Shown one piece after another: positions 26,460-34,446 of a stretch of 64,000 nt of DNA (position 1 is the stretch's first letter; each line of letters opens with the position of its first letter). The notes beneath the pieces are model-generated. The model searched no databases, was not told the DNA's origin, and saw only the letters and a list, made by a program, of their open reading frames with translations. Source of the DNA: an uncultured virus (IMG/VR IMGVR_UViG_3300037963_004868). Taxonomy: Duplodnaviria; Heunggongvirae; Uroviricota; Caudoviricetes. The position numbers were made by a program, and so were the translations under genes. The stretch lies in the IMG/VR virus record IMGVR_UViG_3300037963_004868. One strand, given 5' to 3'.

Positions 26460-27110
26460 TCAAAGATTTGAGAGGAAATTGTTGAATAAATTCAACTTAT
26501 GCTCCTCAAGTGCTCTTTGATCAACAAGAGTATTAATTCTCTTCTTAGTTTGTTCTGCAAGTTGTTCACGAAGGATTCCTCCTTCCCAAACCCACTCTTT
26601 TCCTTCCATGATTCCATTAACAAAAGCGTCAGGAGCGGAAGGGTCAGCGACAATATCAGCAGCAGTTGCTAACTGGAAATCTTCACCGACAACTTTATGT
26701 CCTTCACTTGTAGTTTGGAGTGAACCAACACCACGAGAAGAAACACCAAGCATTACACCTTCATCAAGAAGTGAAGATGCGATTTTACCCATAGGTGTAG
26801 AAAGGATTTGTGCCTTTCCTCTAAAGTTATTACCTTCTTGTACCAGAGAAGTAATTTTGTGAGAAACACGATCAAGATTAACGGTAGGACCATCAGGGTG
26901 ACCGAGTTCGCCAAGGGCACGACCCTTATTGACGAATGTTTCGTTGTAACGATCTACTTCACGAGCAAGGGTTGACATGGGATACATTCTCCCATTGCGA
27001 TTTTTAATTTCGCCTTGAAGAAATACACCTTCAATGTATAACTTCTTGTTTGCACCCTTACCTTCGGTAAGAATCTTTACGTTTGTTACTTCTTCTGTGA
27101 TAAGTTTCAT
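26460..27110 (-). CDS. gp21: Prohead protease
   Basis: MKLITE, NRNGRMYP, ALGELGHP, GVSSRGVGS, DIVADPSAPDA. Confidence 0.97.
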   Translation of the reverse strand: MKLITEEVTNVKILTEGKGANKKLYIEGVFLQGEIKNRNGRMYPMSTLAREVDRYNETFVNKGRALGELGHPDGPTVNLDRVSHKITSLVQEGNNFRGKAQILSTPMGKIASSLLDEGVMLGVSSRGVGSLQTTSEGHKVVGEDFQLATAADIVADPSAPDAFVNGIMEGKEWVWEGGILREQLAEQTKKRINTLVDQRALEEHKLNLFNNFLSNL

Positions 27111-27114
27111 TTTC

Positions 27115-27375
27115 TTATGAAATGTTGTAGGCTACTTTTACTACTTTTACCGAAGAACCATTACTGGCTGCTTCCAAAGTATCGGTTGAATCTTTCTCCA
27201 GTACGACGGATTCTTTGGTATTGACAGTTAAACTGCCAACTGTAGATCCACCGGAGGTTTTTCTTGTGATAACGAGTGCAGCAGTATGACCATTAAAAAG
27301 TCTAACTACGGTTGCAGTATCAACATTAGATGCGGCATTTAAATTTCCCTCCGCAGCTAGAACTTTGATAATCAT
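27115..27375 (-). CDS. Small hypothetical protein in head cluster
   Basis: 86-aa beta-rich ORF coupled to upstream gene. Confidence 0.7.
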   Translation of the reverse strand: MIIKVLAAEGNLNAASNVDTATVVRLFNGHTAALVITRKTSGGSTVGSLTVNTKESVVLEKDSTDTLEAASNGSSVKVVKVAYNIS

Positions 27376-27641
27376 TCTTCTGATTCCTCTTCTGTTTCAG
27401 TTTCTATCTCCACTTCATCACCAACTTCAGTTTCTGCTTCCGCTTCAACGTCAGTTTCATCAGTTTCAATTTCATCTTCAACTTCAGGATACTCAAATTC
27501 CTGACCAAACATTGCATTAGAAACGTAAGGTCTTGCAATATCAATTCGTTCTGCTGCCTTCGCATACAGAATTTCTTTCATTTTGTCGCTAACATTAGAC
27601 GGAGAAGCGTCTGTAGCGATCAAATCGATAACATCTTCCAT
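27372..27641 (-). CDS. Small acidic protein, positional equivalent of prohead core gp67
   Basis: Follows portal gene; very acidic C-terminus. Confidence 0.55.
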   Translation of the reverse strand: MEDVIDLIATDASPSNVSDKMKEILYAKAAERIDIARPYVSNAMFGQEFEYPEVEDEIETDETDVEAEAETEVGDEVEIETETEEESEE

Positions 27642-27666
27642 GAAAAATCAATATGTTAATATAATC

Positions 27667-27674
27667 TATTTATA
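27667..27674 (-). promoter_or_regulatory. Late promoter TATAAATA overlapping portal stop codon
   Basis: Exact consensus. Confidence 0.75.
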
Positions 27675-29397
27675 ACTCAGCCTTTCTAGTGTCTTTTTGA
27701 TAGTTGGCATCTACTTCTCTTGCCATTGCTTCGGCATCTGGTTCCATGGGAATTTCGCCCATTGACATCGGGTCTGCACCCATTCCTTCCATTCCAGAAC
27801 CTTCACCAGGAATTCCTTCTGCTGGTTGTGGAAGTGGTTGACCAGTTACTGGATCAATTGTGGATGGATCTGGAATGATACCTTTTTGAATTTCGTCCTC
27901 AATTTGCTCATCAATCTCAATGATTTCTTGATCAGTTTGACGAAGGATTCTCTTTCTTACATATTCAGTAGAATAATACTTGCCAATAAATGGTTCAATC
28001 TGAGCAAGATTTCCGAGTCTACCTTGAATCATTTCAGATTCTTTCAATTCTGCAAACTGGTTATCATACAAGAAATCATATTGAATATGATCTCTCATTA
28101 TTTCCCAATCATCTGGAGAAACAATGTTCTTAAGAATCAATTGAGTTTTCAACATATCGTTGAACATCTGGGCAAAACGCTTTCTCAGACGACCAACAAA
28201 CTTAGAAAATTTAAGTTCATCTCTCAAGATTTCTGAAGAACGACCAAGGTTGAATCCACCATCAGCAGCGATTCTGGATTCGGGAACTCCAAGTGCTCTG
28301 TAGAGTTTCTTTTGAAAATATTCAATATCAGAGAGTTCACCAAGATTCTGTCCACCAGGAAGTGTGGTAATTTCTGTACCACGACCACCTTCTCTGCGTG
28401 GCAACCAGAAATCTTCCATCATAGACATAAACTTCTTGTCATCACGAACTTCACCAGTCTGTGCATTATATGCAAGTTTATTTCTATAGCGAGACATAAC
28501 CTCACGTAGGTATTGCTCTGCCTTTACCTTTGGAAGATTGCCAACGTCAATATAAAATATTCTACGTTCTGGTGCTCTTGATAACCTATAAATGACCAAA
28601 GAATCCTCAATCATTCTAAGTTGATTGAGTGCCTTGATTGCTTTGTGGAGATATGAAAGAACAGTATTTTTATTTCTGTCTACAAGACCAGAAGTACAAT
28701 ATGTTACTGCATCTTTTGCAATTTTGATTGATTTTCCTCTCCCACCAAGACTACTCGTCGGATAGTTTGGTGATGGTGTATATTGAAAAAACTCCTCAAA
28801 TTCTGGACCGTTTTGATATTCTAAAGGATTTTTATTATTTCCACTGACTCTAACGGCACCAGTGTCATATTTACCATTAGGATCTTTTTTCTCTTGACGA
28901 ATATACTTCATCTTGAGAGGATCAATATACCTCAGTTCTTTAATACCTTCTTGAGGTGATTTTAAGTCAATAACTTTTAGATAGTAAAGTCTACCGTCAA
29001 CGTACCAGTTGCGAAAGATTTCATGAGACTTTCTATCAAAATCTAAAATTTCTTTGAGATATTTAAATTCTTCTCTAATCTTTTTCTTAAGTCCTTCGCT
29101 AGCGTTTAGATTTGATAACTCAATCTCTACAGGAGAGTCGTACAAATCACTAACAATTGCTTCGTTAACTACATCTTCAATCGCACCATCCGCTTCAGGA
29201 TGTAGCGACATTTCTCTGTATCTTCTTATTAAATCATGCTCTGTCTTATAAACACCTTCAATATCAACATATTGACCATAAAATCCACTACTGATATAAT
29301 TATCAACCCCGTCCTGATTAGTTTCAGGAACGGGGGAGACAACTGAAGGTGATTTATTTTGATTGTCGTCAATTGAAAAACCAAAAAGTTTGGCCAT
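27670..29397 (-). CDS. gp20: Portal vertex protein
   Basis: WYVDGR, YRLSRAPERRIFYIDVGNLP, EDFWLPRREGGRGTEITTLPGG. Confidence 0.98.
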   Translation of the reverse strand: MAKLFGFSIDDNQNKSPSVVSPVPETNQDGVDNYISSGFYGQYVDIEGVYKTEHDLIRRYREMSLHPEADGAIEDVVNEAIVSDLYDSPVEIELSNLNASEGLKKKIREEFKYLKEILDFDRKSHEIFRNWYVDGRLYYLKVIDLKSPQEGIKELRYIDPLKMKYIRQEKKDPNGKYDTGAVRVSGNNKNPLEYQNGPEFEEFFQYTPSPNYPTSSLGGRGKSIKIAKDAVTYCTSGLVDRNKNTVLSYLHKAIKALNQLRMIEDSLVIYRLSRAPERRIFYIDVGNLPKVKAEQYLREVMSRYRNKLAYNAQTGEVRDDKKFMSMMEDFWLPRREGGRGTEITTLPGGQNLGELSDIEYFQKKLYRALGVPESRIAADGGFNLGRSSEILRDELKFSKFVGRLRKRFAQMFNDMLKTQLILKNIVSPDDWEIMRDHIQYDFLYDNQFAELKESEMIQGRLGNLAQIEPFIGKYYSTEYVRKRILRQTDQEIIEIDEQIEDEIQKGIIPDPSTIDPVTGQPLPQPAEGIPGEGSGMEGMGADPMSMGEIPMEPDAEAMAREVDANYQKDTRKAEL

Positions 29398-29429
29398 AAT
29401 AATTTCTGGTGGTCTCGTTATTTAACTAT

Positions 29430-30020
29430 TTAGTTAATATCTTCACCGCCAGCATTTTCACCAGTGCCCTTAGTAGCTTGCCACCACTGAACTTGAAGTT
29501 CAACGGTGAATTCTTGAATGCCCTGAGCGTCATAACCAAGTTCAATTGGCGAGACCTGAGTTGGGAATACATCGTAGAAACGATATGTTCTCAGAACAGA
29601 ACCATCGCGATCAAGTTGCATAACATATGCATCTGCCTGATAGGTTGCTGGATCAGTTAATCCAGTGTTATCAGATACTCTATTGATGGTGTTCATCCAA
29701 CGCTCCATAGCGGAACGAATTGCAAAGTCAGTATCGTTAATAACAGTAACTGTCCAGGAATCGAAGGTTCTATCACCTGCGATTTTCAGAACACGACCTC
29801 TGAAAGGAACTTCAATTTGCTGGATATTGGATGCTGGCATGTTAGCACCCTTAACCATGAATCTTGTTTTTTCCAGAGTGTCAGAATCTGGTTGTGCGGC
29901 ATCTGGGAAGTTCAGAACGACTTCAAAGAGATTGGCGCGAGCGCCACCACCCGTTAATTTACTCTTGAAGTCAGTAATCTTCCTTAGTGGGGGTGGATTG
30001 ATTTGATTTCTGGTTGCCAT
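29430..30020 (-). CDS. gp19: Tail tube protein
   Basis: GGARANLFEV, VPFRGRVLKIAGDRTFDSWTVTVIND. Confidence 0.96.
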   Translation of the reverse strand: MATRNQINPPPLRKITDFKSKLTGGGARANLFEVVLNFPDAAQPDSDTLEKTRFMVKGANMPASNIQQIEVPFRGRVLKIAGDRTFDSWTVTVINDTDFAIRSAMERWMNTINRVSDNTGLTDPATYQADAYVMQLDRDGSVLRTYRFYDVFPTQVSPIELGYDAQGIQEFTVELQVQWWQATKGTGENAGGEDIN

Positions 30021-30044
30021 TAGTTTTGACCTTTAGAAGAAAAA

Positions 30045-32492
30045 TTAAACTGAACCAATAACTTCTTCAAACGCGACTCCAGTTCTTGTAGCAACAAAGG
30101 TAAGACCGATGAAGTTGATAGAACGTGCGGGTTTGATGAAGATGTCAGCAACAAATTCATTGGCATCAATAACTGCTGCTGTATTGTTTGTCTCATCACA
30201 AACAACTACAAAGTCCTGAATGCCTCTCTTAGATTGTACATCGCGAAGGAATGGTTCTACGATATTGACGAAGTTAGTTCTAGTAATTTCGTCGTTGAAC
30301 TCAAAGAGGAAGTCCTTAGCAGCAGCGGAGATTGCGTCTTCAAGGAAGATAAACAAACGACGAACGTTAATTCTATCAAACGCAGAAGACTTACCAAATC
30401 CAGTCTTGTCACCGAAGAGAATAATGCCTGCTCCAGGTGAAAGGATAACTGGATTGACTCTACTAGAGTACAGAAGGTCTCTTTGCTTCTTACCAGGATT
30501 GTATGCAAGTTTGACTGCATTCAGAATAGCACCTCTAGAAGTTCCAGCAGGTGAGAACCAGGGGAACTGTTCAATATCAGTTCTGGCACAAGTACCAGCG
30601 ATATCTCCGTTCAGAGGAACATAACGGAAGGTGTCATTGAAGCGGTCATACATGTACTTATAACCACTATCAAAGACTCCATATGTAGTTGAAGTTGCAG
30701 CAGAGAAGAAACTTAATACATTATCGGTGATTGTATCAATGCCATTAACTGTTACAGTTCCAACTTCATTATCGCTAATGAATGCACCTCTATATGGAGA
30801 GATGAATGCAACAGCATCTTTTCTTGCTTCAGCAACTGCAATACACTTATTACCAAGTGCTTGTGCTTGTTCCTTACTGTAGTTTGCAGAACCCATGAGA
30901 ATGAAGTCTACTTCATACTCTTCAGTATTCTCAAACTTGGTCAGACCAGAAACAATATCGTCAAGACCAGATGACAGTGAACCAGCAGTTGTGTAATCTG
31001 TGGTATCGTCACCAGTAGTAGCAGCATAGTTTGTACCACCGTCAAGTGTTCCAGTGAATGCACCGCAACCAGCAAAGTTTACATTCTTTGCGTCCTGATC
31101 CCAAGCAGTATCATCATCCAACTCATAAGTCAGTGGAGAATTTCCAAATGCAATGGTTGTTATACCAGCAGGTGCAGAACCACCGAAGATATACTGAGAG
31201 TTGGTATAAAGATACTTTCTCCAATAAGATGGGGAACCAACAGAATATGTTGCGTCTTTTGCTTTAGAAAGACTTAAGTGCTTCTCAAGGATAGTGCCTG
31301 CATTTCCACTAATTGTTCCTTTGTCATCAATGACAACGACGTGAACTTCGTCAAATCTACCACCTCTTGCAGCAGCATAATCTGAAGTACCTGGTCTATC
31401 TGCTAATTGATCCCATTCAAGTTGACCTACAGAAAGAGGAATTGCTTGATTTTCAAACCAGTCTTGCTCTCTAGTGTATGAAGCACTACCAAGTTCTGTA
31501 TTGTTGTTGTTATTAGTAACAGTTACAGTTCCACTCTCTGGGAATGCATAAACACCATTTTGCTGATAATCTACAGCAGTGAATGTATTTCCTGTGGAGA
31601 CATGACCAATCAACTTAACGCTGATTTGACTTTCTCCAATTTCACTAATAATGCCTCGGAGAGTGCCTGTCAGAACTGAGGTAGAACCAGAACCAGCAAT
31701 AACTGTGTTTACAGGAACATCAACTTTAACACCATGTCCAACAGAAAGTCCAATTCCAGAAGATCCTCTAGAACCAAATTCAAACGTTTGAGTACTTGAT
31801 ACTGTATTGAGTGAAGTATTATTTAAGGTGACTGTTCCAATACCAATAGAAGCAACAGAAGATGCAGCAGCGACAACACCATCAATTGCTTTAACCGCAT
31901 CATTGACGTTAATACCAGTAGTATTAATACCTGTGATATCAGTTGAGGTTGCACCAATCGTGCCGCCTGCAGATTGTGAAGTACTAAAAGTTGCCTGTGT
32001 TGTGGTGCTAATACCAGACAGAATTTGGTCTGCCTTACTATCAATAATTGCTACCTTAATATCATTTGCCCAAGAACCAGGATTTCTTGCAGCAACAGTT
32101 ATGTTATTAATTGCATTCTCATCGTAACCGAGTTGTTCGTAATGCTCTGTGCTCTTGATTCTTACGCTATTAGCAGCACCAACAAAAGCGTTCTTAAGTC
32201 CTGCTCCTGTTGATACATTATAATCGTCTGCTCTTGAAATAAGCATCACACCACCATAAGCAAGGTAGGATGAAGCTACCATCCAGTGCTCATAGTGCTT
32301 GTCGGTTGAGTAAGGTCTGCCGAAAGTGTTTAAGAGATCATCCTCAGATTCGATCAATTGAGGAAGGTCAACAGGTCCTTTGGTGAATGGAGCAACAAGC
32401 GCCCCGATGCCACCAGAGACTGGATCGACTCTTCCAATAGTTAAGTCAACTTCTCTTACTACAATTCCAGGAGATGCTAAATTTAGAGGCAT
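30045..32492 (-). CDS. gp18: Tail sheath protein with insertion
   Basis: SPGIVVREVDLT, PWFSPAG, FDRINVRRLF, IKPARSINFI. Confidence 0.97.
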   Translation of the reverse strand: MPLNLASPGIVVREVDLTIGRVDPVSGGIGALVAPFTKGPVDLPQLIESEDDLLNTFGRPYSTDKHYEHWMVASSYLAYGGVMLISRADDYNVSTGAGLKNAFVGAANSVRIKSTEHYEQLGYDENAINNITVAARNPGSWANDIKVAIIDSKADQILSGISTTTQATFSTSQSAGGTIGATSTDITGINTTGINVNDAVKAIDGVVAAASSVASIGIGTVTLNNTSLNTVSSTQTFEFGSRGSSGIGLSVGHGVKVDVPVNTVIAGSGSTSVLTGTLRGIISEIGESQISVKLIGHVSTGNTFTAVDYQQNGVYAFPESGTVTVTNNNNNTELGSASYTREQDWFENQAIPLSVGQLEWDQLADRPGTSDYAAARGGRFDEVHVVVIDDKGTISGNAGTILEKHLSLSKAKDATYSVGSPSYWRKYLYTNSQYIFGGSAPAGITTIAFGNSPLTYELDDDTAWDQDAKNVNFAGCGAFTGTLDGGTNYAATTGDDTTDYTTAGSLSSGLDDIVSGLTKFENTEEYEVDFILMGSANYSKEQAQALGNKCIAVAEARKDAVAFISPYRGAFISDNEVGTVTVNGIDTITDNVLSFFSAATSTTYGVFDSGYKYMYDRFNDTFRYVPLNGDIAGTCARTDIEQFPWFSPAGTSRGAILNAVKLAYNPGKKQRDLLYSSRVNPVILSPGAGIILFGDKTGFGKSSAFDRINVRRLFIFLEDAISAAAKDFLFEFNDEITRTNFVNIVEPFLRDVQSKRGIQDFVVVCDETNNTAAVIDANEFVADIFIKPARSINFIGLTFVATRTGVAFEEVIGSV

Positions 32493-32527
32493 CTTTTTGG
32501 TCTCCTTGGTCCAGAATTATCTGAAAT

Positions 32528-32535
32528 TATTTATT
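32528..32535 (-). promoter_or_regulatory. Late promoter-like AATAAATA upstream of gp18
   Basis: Near-consensus site; AAGGAG SD precedes the gp18 ATG. Confidence 0.65.
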
Positions 32536-32573
32536 AAAAGGGGTATTTTGAATGGGGAATCCTGACGTGATAC

Positions 32574-32786
32574 TTACCAATCAGGATATTCCCACATATT
32601 ACTACTTTTTTTAACTCTCTTTTTAGCACACTCTTTACATTCATAAGAATATGAAGATGCTACTGGACCTCTGTCCTTTCTTGTTCTATAAAATCCATCA
32701 ACCAAGTTTTTAGTTATACCACATTTTTTACACTCCCGTTCATACAGGAGTAGATGACCTAGTTGTAATTGGTCATCTAAGTCCAT
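32574..32786 (-). CDS. Small zinc-finger protein (CxxC...CxxC)
   Basis: CKKCG...FY...YECKEC; likely ATG at 32786 coupled to gp17 stop. Confidence 0.7.
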   Translation of the reverse strand: MDLDDQLQLGHLLLYERECKKCGITKNLVDGFYRTRKDRGPVASSYSYECKECAKKRVKKSSNMWEYPDW

Positions 32787-34432
32787 TAATAATACTCCCA
32801 CATATATGCCCTATCACCATATTCATCAGTATGCCATCTATCACCATTATCATCAGTAAATGATTGTGTATCATTTATTCCATCATCTAAGAATCCAAAT
32901 GGTGCCATATCTTGTTCAATTTGATTTTTTTGTTCTTCATAGATTCTTTTACGAACATCATTGTCAGTCATTTCTTTGAAGTAGTCTTGTGCTACCAACC
33001 AAGCAAAGATAACCAGACACATTGCTAAGTCATCATTGCATCCTTCCTCTGCTTCAAAAGAATTATGTCTCTGAGCGAATGTGGTTAACTCAGAAATTAT
33101 TTCATAATCAAGTGTAAGAAGTTTAAAATCTTCAATAAGTGTCTTCAGGTTAGAACAACCAAGTTTCTTAACTTGTGCTGTTGTTCTAACTCCCATCTGC
33201 GATTTCTTACCAGAGAAACCGTGCCCGACAACTTGTCCAGCACGCCCCCTCATTGCCGCCATCAACATATTTTCATATTCTAAGTCATAATGGAGAATAC
33301 TTGCTACTTGCTCTCCAATGTCATTGACTTCTACTAGCACCCAAGCATCATTATATGCTTTTGCTGTCTGTTGAATAATATTTGGGAACAACATTGGTTT
33401 AATTTCATTGTTCCTATATTTTGCAACTATCTTATATGGGAACTCTGTAATATCAACAACGATAAATGCAGAATAATCGTTGCCCAACCCACGAGCAACA
33501 TCGACAGTAATAAGGTAGTTGTGTTCCTCTTGCTTCTTCTCGTAGACATCTAGACCTGCACTTTTTTGAATAGGATCTTCATAGATTAAATTCTTAAGAA
33601 TTGATGGATTTATAAGGGTATTGACAGAACCAAGAAACTCACACTCGAACTCAACTTTGAATTGCTGTTCAGATGTGTTAGCAATCGTCTGTTCTTTCCA
33701 TACATCATCTCTTCCAGGAACCTCGGACCAATGAACATCAGTTGGAATGTATTCATTTTTACCTTTCTCGGAGTCGTGCCACATACGGTAGAAATGATTC
33801 ATACCGTGTGGCGTGGATACAATGATTACTTTGGTGTTTTTACCAGAAGTAATAGTAGGATAAACAGATGCAAAGAACGAGTCAGCAACGTGATTTGGGA
33901 CGAACGCGAACTCGTCGAGAAAGAGGATGTTGAAAGACATACCTCGGACAGCACTCGCAGACGTAGAAGCTGCCAGTATCTTACTGCCATTTTCTAACTC
34001 CATAGATCCTTTGTTCCAGGATATAATACCCTGTTGCATCCATTTAGGCAAGTTTTCGTATGCAGTCTGTAATCTACTAAGAAGTTCTCTTGCAGTTGCT
34101 GCCTTGTTTGCTAAGATGCCAATATTAACGCTATCGTTAAAAACAGCGTAATGTAGAAGGTAAGATACCACAGTAGTGGATTTACCAGTCTGTCTTGGCA
34201 TTTTGCAAATATTGAATCTATTCGCATGGAAATTGTTAATTAATTTTTCCTGAAAATGATATGGATGGAATTGTGTTAATCCCTCATCAAGAGAAACAAT
34301 TTTAATATAATTGTTTGCAAAATAAACGGGGTCTTCTTTACACTTGAGAAACTCAATAATTTGTTCCTCTGTAAATTCAATCTCCGTATTTGCTTTTTTT
34401 AGATTGGGATTACCAAGATACTGTTCACTCAT
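32786..34432 (-). CDS. gp17: Terminase large subunit
   Basis: PRQTGKST, LFLDEFAF, VSTPHG, VDVARG, DDLAM. Confidence 0.98.
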   Translation of the reverse strand: MSEQYLGNPNLKKANTEIEFTEEQIIEFLKCKEDPVYFANNYIKIVSLDEGLTQFHPYHFQEKLINNFHANRFNICKMPRQTGKSTTVVSYLLHYAVFNDSVNIGILANKAATARELLSRLQTAYENLPKWMQQGIISWNKGSMELENGSKILAASTSASAVRGMSFNILFLDEFAFVPNHVADSFFASVYPTITSGKNTKVIIVSTPHGMNHFYRMWHDSEKGKNEYIPTDVHWSEVPGRDDVWKEQTIANTSEQQFKVEFECEFLGSVNTLINPSILKNLIYEDPIQKSAGLDVYEKKQEEHNYLITVDVARGLGNDYSAFIVVDITEFPYKIVAKYRNNEIKPMLFPNIIQQTAKAYNDAWVLVEVNDIGEQVASILHYDLEYENMLMAAMRGRAGQVVGHGFSGKKSQMGVRTTAQVKKLGCSNLKTLIEDFKLLTLDYEIISELTTFAQRHNSFEAEEGCNDDLAMCLVIFAWLVAQDYFKEMTDNDVRKRIYEEQKNQIEQDMAPFGFLDDGINDTQSFTDDNGDRWHTDEYGDRAYMWEYY

Positions 34433-34446
34433 AATAAAAACCTAAT

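Noticed and set aside
32536..32572. C-run element (TCACGTCAGGATTCCCCATTCAAAATACCCC) upstream of the gp18 late promoter
   Set aside because: No convincing hairpin or second copy in the window; would need cross-genome conservation to assess.
1..34432. Introns or inteins in gp43, gp46, uvsW, gp20, gp17
   Set aside because: Frames are continuous and of ordinary length with no splice-junction or homing-endonuclease motifs seen.
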